Source: a virus
Lineage: Duplodnaviria; Caudoviricetes
DNA: 64,000 bases
Direction: 5' to 3' (one strand)
Virus record (IMG/VR): IMGVR_UViG_3300037400_001189
Span: 11,007-75,006 of that record
A program made the translations under genes and the position numbers. Under the pieces are notes generated by a model. That model saw nothing but the letters and a program-made list of their open reading frames with translations. It was not told the DNA's origin and ran no database searches. Numbering within the stretch: position 1 is the stretch's first letter; every line of letters starts with the position of its first letter. Below, one piece after another: positions 1-8,455 of this stretch.

Positions 1-1
1 C

Positions 2-2098
2 AAGGCAGACGAGAAGCTTATAGGCCATATCGACTGCTTAACTTCTCTTATTGCCATGCAGAATGCTGATCCTAGCCATAGGCTAGCTATCTCCAAGATG
101 AATTCAAAGGGATTGAAGACTGTACTGGAATGCCATAGAAGCCTTATAGGCAAGGCATTTGATGCAGGCTACATTGAAAGAGCTCACATGATTAAGGGAT
201 GGCATTCCTCTATCATAGACGATACCAAGGACTATGCAGTAGCTCCTGTAGATCCTGCTACAGTAAAAGCTATGGCTGACGATGGATACAAGCTCAATAC
301 AGAGCTTCCTGTAGACGGCATGACCAATGCTGTAATGGGATTCTACATCAAGAGTGTAACTACTCCACAGCATAGGCAAGGTGCAGCTCTTCAGATTACA
401 GGAAAGAGAGCTATAGGCCAGTCTCTTAACTCCTTCATGGAAAGCAACGAGCATATTATAGGAGACAGAAGAGACTACATTACAAGGCAGATAAAGAAGG
501 CTCACTTCATTAGAACCAAGATGCAGGCTAGAATGGAAACTCTAGACGGTCTTAGCTATGAAGATTTCGACAATAGAGGACTAGTTGGTTCCTACTATAC
601 TCCTGTAATTAGTCCTAATGGAGACGTAACAGACTTCCGCATTACCATGTTTAACGACTTCAAGGATGCAGTCATGAACAGAAACAACAATATCTGCGAT
701 GTCATGTCCAAGATGGCTATGACAAATACTGTCAAGACAAGTGCAGGAGGACAGAATACCAACATAGTTCATTTCCTTATAGACGACATGGAAAAGAACA
801 TGGATCCAGATACCCATAGAGCTAGGAGACAGTTTGAAAATCTTGGCGAAGTAGTGCTTGGAAGCAAGGAGCTTAGAAACAAGCATGACATCAAGTATGT
901 AAGAGTAAGAATTGATCCTGACTCTGAATTTGCTGCTCCAGACGTTCCTGCTGCTATCATTCCAGAAGAAATGAGGGAAGCTATGAGAAGACTGGAGAAG
1001 AATGGAGACGGTCTATGGGTTAGGGAAGACTGGCTCTATCAGATATTTGGCACTCCTGACATTTCTCTTGCAGATGCCAAGGTAATGCAGAAGGAAAATA
1101 TGAGAGCTGCCAAATTTGGCATTAGGCTAGCTGAAAACATTGCCAAGGCAGTAGCCACTCTTGCCAAGGTAGCTATCGTATTCAAGAAGCCTCAGGTACT
1201 AGTAGGCAATGCCGTATCCAACTATCTGTTCCATATAATGAATGGACATAATCCAGTTACTGCAGCTGCTATGGATACCGAGAATCTGCAGCTAGTAATC
1301 AAGTACATGCAGACGGAAAAGGAAATCAACAGACTGGATATCAAGAAGGACATTGGAGAAGCTACTGCATCAGAAAAGGCTAAGCTTAACAGGCTAAGAT
1401 CTGCTCTGGAGAACAATCCTATTCACAAGCTAGTTCAGGCAGGACTCTTCTCTGCAGTTGTAGAAGACAACAGCAAGAAGGATCAGGATGCCATGAAGGC
1501 TATGCTTAGATACATTAGCGACAATCCAAAGATGCAGAAAATAGCCAAGTCTGCTTTAGGCGATGCATTCGACATGAAGACTGTAAAAGGAAAGATTGCA
1601 GGACAGCTCTACATGAGAGAAGGAACTCCTCTCTATGACTTCATCTATGCAATGACCCAGTATTCAGACTTTGTATCCAGATGTACCGACTACCGCATTG
1701 GAATGAAGCAGATGCCTGAATCGTTCAGAGGCAATGCCGACATGAAGAGAAAGTATGAGACTGCTCTTATTCAGCAGATAAGAGACGACTACATCAACTA
1801 CGATTCTCCTCAGTCCAAAGCTATGAACTACGTCAATGCAGTAGGCTTGACATTCTTTACAAAATACTTTTTCAGAATTCAGAGAGTAATACGCAGAACA
1901 ACCACTAGACGGCCACTAATGGCATTTAGTATGATGGCTGCCAATGCTCATTTCGATACGCCTGACAACATATTTGAACAAATGCCACTAAGCAAAAACT
2001 ATGGAGCCATATTCCATACTCCATGGGGCAATGCTGCTGACTTGGTATTTCCACCTGCATTTGGTGCATACAATCCAGCAAACTGGTGGCCTTTCTAG
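2..2098 (+). CDS. Virion RNA polymerase (N4 gp50-like), C-terminal part; 5' end lies outside the window
   Basis: Frame is open from base 2 to the stop at 2098. C-terminal motifs LWVREDWLYQIFG, YSDFVSR and INYD...AVGLTFFTKYF match my recollection of the N4 vRNAP C-terminus. Synteny fits: the ORF starting at 61891 follows the gp51-like gene. Confidence 0.72.
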   Translation, partial: KADEKLIGHIDCLTSLIAMQNADPSHRLAISKMNSKGLKTVLECHRSLIGKAFDAGYIERAHMIKGWHSSIIDDTKDYAVAPVDPATVKAMADDGYKLNTELPVDGMTNAVMGFYIKSVTTPQHRQGAALQITGKRAIGQSLNSFMESNEHIIGDRRDYITRQIKKAHFIRTKMQARMETLDGLSYEDFDNRGLVGSYYTPVISPNGDVTDFRITMFNDFKDAVMNRNNNICDVMSKMAMTNTVKTSAGGQNTNIVHFLIDDMEKNMDPDTHRARRQFENLGEVVLGSKELRNKHDIKYVRVRIDPDSEFAAPDVPAAIIPEEMREAMRRLEKNGDGLWVREDWLYQIFGTPDISLADAKVMQKENMRAAKFGIRLAENIAKAVATLAKVAIVFKKPQVLVGNAVSNYLFHIMNGHNPVTAAAMDTENLQLVIKYMQTEKEINRLDIKKDIGEATASEKAKLNRLRSALENNPIHKLVQAGLFSAVVEDNSKKDQDAMKAMLRYISDNPKMQKIAKSALGDAFDMKTVKGKIAGQLYMREGTPLYDFIYAMTQYSDFVSRCTDYRIGMKQMPESFRGNADMKRKYETALIQQIRDDYINYDSPQSKAMNYVNAVGLTFFTKYFFRIQRVIRRTTTRRPLMAFSMMAANAHFDTPDNIFEQMPLSKNYGAIFHTPWGNAADLVFPPAFGAYNPANWWPF

Positions 2099-2110
2099 GA
2101 GGATAAATAC

Positions 2111-2467
2111 ATGCAAGGATTAGCAGGTAGCAATGATGCTAAAAGATATCAGAAACAGCCTTACAAGATGCCTGATGAGCCTATCTTGGACTATAGCAAA
2201 AATTCACTAAGCAACATGGATAAATTGCCAGACATAGAAAAGATTCCTGATCTTGAATCTAGTGAAGGTCTTGTAGACAAGAGAAAAATTCCTAATGGAG
2301 TTAAAGATGAGCTAGGTGCAAGTCCTGATGAACTAATGGCTTCTGTTGAAGACAAAAAGCAGTCTGGCAAGAAGAAAAAGAAGAAGAGAAGGAAGAGTGC
2401 TCCTGATGAAGTAGATGATTCCGATTCTGATATTAAGAACCTAGTAGATGAGGCTAGTGAGTTGTAA
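2111..2467 (+). CDS. Hypothetical protein with a lysine/arginine run (KKQSGKKKKKKRRKS)
   Basis: 118-aa ORF with GGAGG RBS upstream; overlaps the next gene by 1 nt. Confidence 0.6.
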   Translation: MQGLAGSNDAKRYQKQPYKMPDEPILDYSKNSLSNMDKLPDIEKIPDLESSEGLVDKRKIPNGVKDELGASPDELMASVEDKKQSGKKKKKKRRKSAPDEVDDSDSDIKNLVDEASEL

Positions 2468-3159
2468 TGGCTAAAGAATATGAATTTAATCCATACTTTA
2501 AATGGGGGTTAGCAAAACCAGAGGAGGTATTGTATCCTTCAAATCTGTCTGACGATTATTCAGATACAGTTTCTACCAGCTACTTAAATGGTGCTTTTAA
2601 CGATAGGCTTACTCCTAGAGAACTAGCAACTAAGTATGCATGGCTAGCAAATAAAGGCAAAGATTTTAGCTATCCGGGTAATTCTTATGACTATAACTTA
2701 AATGGATTTGTTAAGCATAATTTAGCTAGACAGCAGAATAGTGCCGTAGGAGGCAATGGTCATTTGGATGATTCTGGAAAGAAATGGAACCATTTTACTC
2801 CTAGCACTGGAGCTCTTATTAGCGATGAAAGAATGCTAGGTCTTGCTAGACCTACTGGAGAAGTAGGACAATGGATAGACCTTGATTTAAATAAGCCTGA
2901 TGTAAGAAATTATTATAGAAGTCTATCTCCTGAAGGACAAAGACTAGTAAGACAAATGGCTAGAGATGGAGCTATAGGTGGATACATAACTGGTAGAGCT
3001 AACATGCATGGCAATAAACCTCTTCAAAGATATTTTGATGAAAGAGAAGAAGGATATATTCTTTTAGATCCTAGAAGACCTGAATATTCTTCATCTATAG
3101 AATATCCTTCAAATTATGAATTAATAAATAAACAGCATACTGGTTTAGAAAGAAGGTAA
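2467..3159 (+). CDS. Hypothetical protein
   Basis: 230-aa ORF coupled to the previous stop codon and followed by a terminator. Confidence 0.7.
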   Translation: MAKEYEFNPYFKWGLAKPEEVLYPSNLSDDYSDTVSTSYLNGAFNDRLTPRELATKYAWLANKGKDFSYPGNSYDYNLNGFVKHNLARQQNSAVGGNGHLDDSGKKWNHFTPSTGALISDERMLGLARPTGEVGQWIDLDLNKPDVRNYYRSLSPEGQRLVRQMARDGAIGGYITGRANMHGNKPLQRYFDEREEGYILLDPRRPEYSSSIEYPSNYELINKQHTGLERR

Positions 3160-3165
3160 TAAAAT

Positions 3166-3191
3166 AAACCCCCTCTTTTCAGAGGGGGTTT
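3166..3191. terminator. Bidirectional rho-independent terminator between the convergent arms
   Basis: AAACCCCCTCT-TTTC-AGAGGGGGTTT, flanked by A-rich and T-rich tracts. Confidence 0.85.
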
Positions 3192-3199
3192 CTTTTTAT

Positions 3200-3355
3200 C
3201 TACTTCATCTCAATCATGAGCTTTGGCTCTTCAAGCATCTGCCTTACTTCCTGAAGGCATTCCATGAAGGTTCTCATGTCTACTGTCTTGTCGTCAATTT
3301 CTTTTCCTTTATCAAGCATCTTGTTAATCATTAGCTTTAAAGTATCTAATACCAT
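3200..3355 (-). CDS. Small hypothetical protein (51 aa, MVLDTLKLMINKMLDKGKEID...)
   Basis: Translated by hand, below the ORF-track cutoff; GGAGG RBS upstream; fills the gap between lysin and terminator. Confidence 0.55.
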   Translation of the reverse strand: MVLDTLKLMINKMLDKGKEIDDKTVDMRTFMECLQEVRQMLEEPKLMIEMK

Positions 3356-3364
3356 ATGACCCTC

Positions 3365-3919
3365 CTACAGGCACTTAACTGCAAGACGTTCACATGCATT
3401 AGTCCTGTTCAGCCATCCTTTTAGAAATTTCTTTTGGGTAGGTTTCTTTGCAGCTAGTCCATTATAGAACTTCCGTCTCTGGTCACAGAATCTGGCAATA
3501 ATCTGAGATACAGGCATTGATTCTGCTGCAGCAATAGTCTTGGGACCAATAATGCCGTCATCTGCAGCATTTACAGCTCTCTGTAGAAGCTTGTTAGTTT
3601 GTCTGCATCCACAGTTTACATTGCTGTCAAACATCATCATTGCAACAATGGGATGAAACCTTTCAAGCCTAGGCTTGTCCCAGAATTCTTTCTTGAAGAT
3701 TTCCTTAGCATCCTGCTTAGTGACTGCAATGACATCCCTGCGGTCTACAACACCGTCATGGTTGATGTCACCGCCTCCTCTAGTGCCTAGGTCTCTAAGA
3801 AATTCCATGCAGACTCCGTATTTAGTTTCTCCGCCTGCATCATATTTGTCATTGGAATATACTCCTTCCCATTCGGCTACATGAGCCATTGCTTTTTCAA
3901 ATGCTTCTTCATGCGTCAT
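3365..3919 (-). CDS. Endolysin, glycoside hydrolase family 108 with C-terminal peptidoglycan-binding domain
   Basis: EGVYSNDKYDAGGETKYG catalytic motif, FDSNVNCG, and FLKGWLNR C-terminal motif. Confidence 0.9.
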   Translation of the reverse strand: MTHEEAFEKAMAHVAEWEGVYSNDKYDAGGETKYGVCMEFLRDLGTRGGGDINHDGVVDRRDVIAVTKQDAKEIFKKEFWDKPRLERFHPIVAMMMFDSNVNCGCRQTNKLLQRAVNAADDGIIGPKTIAAAESMPVSQIIARFCDQRRKFYNGLAAKKPTQKKFLKGWLNRTNACERLAVKCL

Positions 3920-4443
3920 GATTTACCCTCATAGTTTACAATGTCAAAAAGTACGTCTGTATCTTCTTCCCATCCATGCAGATAGCTGTTCCATGATTCT
4001 ACATGATCTACAATTATGTCCTGAAGAGCTCCATAGGATAGTGCTTCCCATTGAGCAAACTTTCGTACATCTATGGTATCATTGATGTAGCCGAAAGTAT
4101 GCTTTAGAGCTTCCTTCAAGTCAAAGGAAAAGGCATATTTTCCTGTTCCTCCTGCCTTCAGTTCATCAAGCCTCTGCTGTGCAAGAATTCTGCCTATCTT
4201 CCTGTCCCATCTGTCTTCAGGATTTCTTAATGCAAAGCCTACGTCTACATATACCTCTCCTGAAGAGTTGGGAGGATTGACGGAATATGCAATGGAAGCA
4301 CATGGAAGATACGATTCGAGATGCAGCCTGTAGAATTCATCGCTGAATTTCTCTACATTGTCTTCTCCTACATACATTGCACTATGCTGTCCCGGATAGG
4401 AGGAAGGCTTTGGATAGATATACTTAACTGTATTGAACTGCAT
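3916..4443 (-). CDS. Hypothetical phage protein
   Basis: 175-aa ORF overlapping both neighbours; VGFALRNPEDRWDRKIGRILA resembles a common phage motif. Confidence 0.7.
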   Translation of the reverse strand: MQFNTVKYIYPKPSSYPGQHSAMYVGEDNVEKFSDEFYRLHLESYLPCASIAYSVNPPNSSGEVYVDVGFALRNPEDRWDRKIGRILAQQRLDELKAGGTGKYAFSFDLKEALKHTFGYINDTIDVRKFAQWEALSYGALQDIIVDHVESWNSYLHGWEEDTDVLFDIVNYEGKS

Positions 4444-5012
4444 TAGATAACTCCTAGAATCTTAGCTGCAAGAGCAACACTCCACTTAAGAGTGGAATGT
4501 TTGCTTACCATTTCATACTGGTAGACATCTTCCTTGTATGCCTTGGCAGTAGGACAATATCTTACGATAGGATCTTTTACCTGATAGCCTAGATTGATTA
4601 AAGCCTTGTTAATTATCTGTGCACTGCACTTAATGTTAAAATTAGTCTTGATGTATTCTGCCATCTCTTTTGGAGTAAGCATTTCATTATCTTTAGGCAT
4701 GTTTGCTTCCATTACAGACTTGGCAGCATCAACGGCACTATTAATCTGCTCTTTCTGATTTTCTGAAGATACGCTGTTCAGAATTTCTGCAATTTCATTG
4801 CATGCATTCGCAAGATCATCTTCCGTCATGGTAAGTAGTGCAGCTAGAATATATGAACTGTTTTCAGAGAATTTAGTTTTGCTTAGCATAACCATGAAAT
4901 CATTATAGTCTTCTCCAGAACAGGTATAGAAAGCTTCTGCTGCATTGACTATGCCGTCAGAATAGAGCTTCATAAGCAGTTCAGTAGTCATTTTCTCCAT
5001 AAGAACCCCCAA
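4443..5012 (-). CDS. Hypothetical protein with antirepressor KilAC-like C-terminal DNA-binding region
   Basis: C-terminal LTPKEMAEY...SAQIINKALINLGYQ...CPTAKA. Confidence 0.5.
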   Translation of the reverse strand: MGVLMEKMTTELLMKLYSDGIVNAAEAFYTCSGEDYNDFMVMLSKTKFSENSSYILAALLTMTEDDLANACNEIAEILNSVSSENQKEQINSAVDAAKSVMEANMPKDNEMLTPKEMAEYIKTNFNIKCSAQIINKALINLGYQVKDPIVRYCPTAKAYKEDVYQYEMVSKHSTLKWSVALAAKILGVI

Positions 5013-5018
5013 ATAAAT

Positions 5019-5046
5019 AAGCCTCCTATATTGCTATAGGAGGCTT
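5019..5046 (-). terminator. Rho-independent terminator after the SSB gene
   Basis: AAGCCTCCTATA/TATAGGAGGCTT stem with TATTTATTT tail on the minus strand. Confidence 0.75.
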
Positions 5047-5090
5047 TGCTAAGGCATGTTGTTCTTTCTATTCTATACTTTTATCATTAT

Positions 5091-5786
5091 CTATTTCTTG
5101 ATTGAGAATGATCTCTTTCCTGCAGCTGGCTTTGAAGCAGCCTTAGCAGAAGTGTCTCTACCACTCCTGCGAGAATTAATCCAGTCCTGTATGTCAGTTT
5201 CGGTAAGATCATCCTTGTAAACAGTCTTGTCAGCATAGGCCATTTCCTTCTCATACTGCTTTGCTTCTTCAGAACCATTAATGATTTCAGAAGCAGTTAG
5301 ATGCGTAATGGAATCAAAGAAGTTCTTGATACGCTTTTTCTGCTGAATCTCTCCATTATAAAGAGAATACTCCATCTGAATCCTGACAGTGATGGGAGCA
5401 TCTTCAAACTGTTCAAGAACAGCACAGTCCTTCATTGCACCACCAGCACCGATAGGACATTTCTTTTCAACAGGATCGTCAATTTCAATCTCTTCTCCAC
5501 CACCTAGAATGATGCAGAGCTTGTTAAACAGAGATGCCTCAAAGTTCTCTGAACCATCCTTGTTGGTAAGACGGATTGCAGTATAGATGGTCTGAGGCTG
5601 ACCGTCATATTCAAAGAATAGATTGATATACTCAGAACCGGATGGAGACCTGTCTACAATGACTTCCTTGATAAGAATGTCATAGATGCCAGACTTGTTG
5701 ATGTACTTGCTGCCATTGCCGTCAGTATCGCGAACTGCTTCTGCGTCCTTTTTAACCTTGAAAAATGCCATAGCTAAATCCTCCAC
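5091..5786 (-). CDS. Putative single-stranded DNA-binding protein
   Basis: YINKSGIYDILIKEV OB-fold-like N-terminus; position after exonuclease and AAA ATPase as in N4-like replication blocks. Confidence 0.6.
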   Translation of the reverse strand: MEDLAMAFFKVKKDAEAVRDTDGNGSKYINKSGIYDILIKEVIVDRSPSGSEYINLFFEYDGQPQTIYTAIRLTNKDGSENFEASLFNKLCIILGGGEEIEIDDPVEKKCPIGAGGAMKDCAVLEQFEDAPITVRIQMEYSLYNGEIQQKKRIKNFFDSITHLTASEIINGSEEAKQYEKEMAYADKTVYKDDLTETDIQDWINSRRSGRDTSAKAASKPAAGKRSFSIKK

Positions 5787-6433
5787 TGATCAGCAATGCT
5801 GTCAGCTTTCTGTTGTAAAAGGTTGAGATATTCCTGCAGATTAAACTGTTCTACAGGTTCCTTGTCGGGAAGAGAATCAATAAGAGTCCTGCACATGTTG
5901 CTTCCTCTATGATGGATGATTCTCTTTGTTCCCTGCATGTCCAGATAGACTGCTTCATCTACCGTTGATATGAATCCTCCAAGCTTTGCAAAGGAACCCT
6001 TTGCTACCTCAGAGTAGTTTCCTGTCTTTTCATCATAGGAGCAGTGAGCAATAAGAACTACGTTGAAGCCATTGGCATTCAGCTGATTAATGCATTCACA
6101 GAATGCATTTACGTCCTTGTTGACATTGCTCCATACATCAAAGCCTTTGTACTTGTTTGAATTGAACGTCTCTATGTCAGTGAAGATTCTGGATACAGAA
6201 TCAAAGCAGATAGTGTCTGGAGTCTGTCCAAACTTGTCTGCATACTTGCCTACCGCTTCTTCCACGGTATCAAGAAATGAATTGATTCCTTCAAACTCCA
6301 CTATGTTGACATGAGCCATAGGAAGACTGAAAGGCTTTCCATCATCTGCTATGACAAGAGCATTTTTCAGAGACTTCAGCAAAGTAGTCTTTCCTACATT
6401 TGAACGTCCAATGATAAGAATCTTTGCAGGCAT
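5774..6433 (-). CDS. AAA-family ATPase (Sak4/AAA_24-like)
   Basis: Walker A GRSNVGKTT, Walker B ICFDS, and the VVLIAH motif. Confidence 0.8.
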   Translation of the reverse strand: MPAKILIIGRSNVGKTTLLKSLKNALVIADDGKPFSLPMAHVNIVEFEGINSFLDTVEEAVGKYADKFGQTPDTICFDSVSRIFTDIETFNSNKYKGFDVWSNVNKDVNAFCECINQLNANGFNVVLIAHCSYDEKTGNYSEVAKGSFAKLGGFISTVDEAVYLDMQGTKRIIHHRGSNMCRTLIDSLPDKEPVEQFNLQEYLNLLQQKADSIADQWRI

Positions 6434-7195
6434 CTATGCCTCCTTTAGTTTCATTGACTTGAACAGAAGGTATACAAGAGAAGGATCTTCCTTAGCCTTT
6501 AAGCATGTATCTGCTATGAGATCCATGCAGTCTTTGAACTGCTGTTCTAGTTCATAGTCTATGGCTTTATCTGCAACTAGACATCTGGCAGGAAGAGTCT
6601 TGGTAGGCTTAATGCCGTATATGAGCCTTAGACTGTCAACTATCTTGCCAGTCTTTCTCAATGCCCAAGCATAGGCCATCATCTGCATTAGATACTTGAA
6701 TGGAAACTGTTCGTTAGGAACTCTGGAGACATTCTTGTAGTCGCACAGTATAGTGCCTTCAAGCCTGTCATAAGTTCCCTTGATATAGATTCCATCTCTG
6801 TATTCTACAGCTATTTTCTCTTCTAACCATAGATTCTTTGTCTGATGCTTTAGAACATATTCGTTCACTACAGCCATAGCTACGCTAGGATAGGTTGCCA
6901 TCACTTCATCTATATTGACATCAGGATTGTCTGACATTTCAGCTATGAGTTGTGCATTTATCCCTTCCCTGTCTACAGGTTCTCCCTTGGATACCTTTTC
7001 ATAGATGTAGTGGCATATAGTTCCAGTTACAGAAGCAGTATTGCCTTTAAACTCTGGTTCTTCTCCTAAGAAATTCTCCCTGTACCATACAGGAGGATAG
7101 TCGAAGAACTTATATATACCGCTTGGTGATATTCCTATGCATCCTTCAGGAATGCTGGGAGATTCATATTGAAACAGATCACTGCAGTCTTGCAT
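6434..7195 (-). CDS. PD-(D/E)XK exonuclease (RecB/Cas4-like)
   Basis: GTICH, GTYDRL...LCDYK and QMMAY motifs. Confidence 0.75.
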   Translation of the reverse strand: MQDCSDLFQYESPSIPEGCIGISPSGIYKFFDYPPVWYRENFLGEEPEFKGNTASVTGTICHYIYEKVSKGEPVDREGINAQLIAEMSDNPDVNIDEVMATYPSVAMAVVNEYVLKHQTKNLWLEEKIAVEYRDGIYIKGTYDRLEGTILCDYKNVSRVPNEQFPFKYLMQMMAYAWALRKTGKIVDSLRLIYGIKPTKTLPARCLVADKAIDYELEQQFKDCMDLIADTCLKAKEDPSLVYLLFKSMKLKEA

Positions 7196-7463
7196 TGTAT
7201 ATCTCCAGAAAGAACTTGGCTAAGTCTGAAGGAGTCTTGCATTCAGCAAATGCCTTCTGCTGCTCCTTGTTGAATGAAAGCTCATTCTCTTCGTAGCCTA
7301 GCTCTTTTTCTACATCTACAAGAATATCCATTCTATCTAGTGAATCTAATTCCAAGTCTTCCTTAAGATCAGAATCAGGTTCTGCATGCTTTTCAAATAA
7401 ATTGTATATTATTCTGCATATTAGTGCAGTCATTGAATCTTGGCTGTATTTTTTTGTAGCCAT
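7179..7463 (-). CDS. Acyl carrier protein
   Basis: 94-aa acidic protein with DLKEDLELDSLDRMDILVDVEKELG (DSL phosphopantetheine serine) and C-terminal KTPSDL helix; GGAGG RBS. Confidence 0.78.
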   Translation of the reverse strand: MATKKYSQDSMTALICRIIYNLFEKHAEPDSDLKEDLELDSLDRMDILVDVEKELGYEENELSFNKEQQKAFAECKTPSDLAKFFLEIYNARLQ

Positions 7464-7915
7464 AAGGTTAAGTCCTCCTCTATTTCTCCATTGTCTAGCT
7501 TGAACAGTCTCTGATTGGTATTGGGAGACTGCAGTCCTCCAAGTTCCTTCATATAGGGACCTACTTTGAGATAGTCCAGATAGTCCATATATTCGGTGCC
7601 TTCAAAGAAGGCTAGCTCCTGTCCGCTGTACAGTGCAGTCTTTTTTTCAGGATAGCCTCCTTTGACATATTTTATGAAGTTTATAAGAGAACTGTCCCAT
7701 TCTCCTCCCATGAAGAGAACACAGGTAGCTTTGTCATGCCTTTCCAGCATGTAGGATAAAGCTTCATAGGTGAATGGAGTTCCAAGCCTGTCATCCCATA
7801 GAGGCTCCCAATGGCATCCTTCACAGTGAATTGGACAGCCTGTAAAGGATATGCCAAGAGATATCTCTTTCGGTATTTCATTAAGGTATATATCGCAGTC
7901 AAAGTAGCTTAGCAT
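7430..7915 (-). CDS. nrdG: Anaerobic ribonucleotide reductase activating enzyme (radical SAM)
   Basis: GCPIHCEGCH (CxxxCxxC), FMGGEW, YLKVGPY and SPNTNQR motifs. Confidence 0.9.
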   Translation of the reverse strand: MLSYFDCDIYLNEIPKEISLGISFTGCPIHCEGCHWEPLWDDRLGTPFTYEALSYMLERHDKATCVLFMGGEWDSSLINFIKYVKGGYPEKKTALYSGQELAFFEGTEYMDYLDYLKVGPYMKELGGLQSPNTNQRLFKLDNGEIEEDLTLWLQKNTAKIQ

Positions 7916-7936
7916 GGCATACCTCCATATGCCTTA

Positions 7937-7978
7937 AAAACGCTCCAGAATCGTTTCTAAGCGACTTTGGAGCGTTTT
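7937..7978 (-). terminator. Long hairpin with U-tail directly upstream of nrdG (terminator or attenuator)
   Basis: AAAACGCTCCA/TGGAGCGTTTT 11-bp stem with an inner stem. Confidence 0.5.
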
Positions 7979-8032
7979 ATGATAAATCATACGTCTCTGC
8001 TTAAACAGAGCATTCTAGGGGCACTGCAGGGC

Positions 8033-8455
8033 TCAGAAAGGGTATCCTTTCTTTAGTGCTGAAAGCAGTTCCTGAGTCTGGCTGTAGATCGCCTTGCTGA
8101 GCAGAATGTTCGGATCGTCTTCAAGCACTTCAGGCTCTATTACATATGGAACTATTTCCTTTGACTTGGATATTCTGGAGTTTCTTATTTCCTCCATGCC
8201 ATCACTTATCATTTCCTTTATTGGATTGAACCACATGCGTACAGTTATGATGCTTAGCATTATGCATCCCGGCAGTATGGTCATGCATGCCATTATCATG
8301 AGATATAGCTTGTCTCCTTTGCATCCTAAGGTTTCCTGAACTGTCTCATATCCTAAATATCCAAGCATCATTAAGGAGGCTATGAGAACAAGCAGAAAGC
8401 AGCATGCAAAGACTATTTGAAACGTTCCATGTATCCTTTTATCCATCATGTCCAT
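8033..8455 (-). CDS. Membrane protein with two predicted TM helices, between nrdD and nrdG
   Basis: Hydrophobic segments FQIVFACCFLLVLIASLMMLGYL and LYLMIMACMTILPGCIMLSII. Confidence 0.7.
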   Translation of the reverse strand: MDMMDKRIHGTFQIVFACCFLLVLIASLMMLGYLGYETVQETLGCKGDKLYLMIMACMTILPGCIMLSIITVRMWFNPIKEMISDGMEEIRNSRISKSKEIVPYVIEPEVLEDDPNILLSKAIYSQTQELLSALKKGYPF

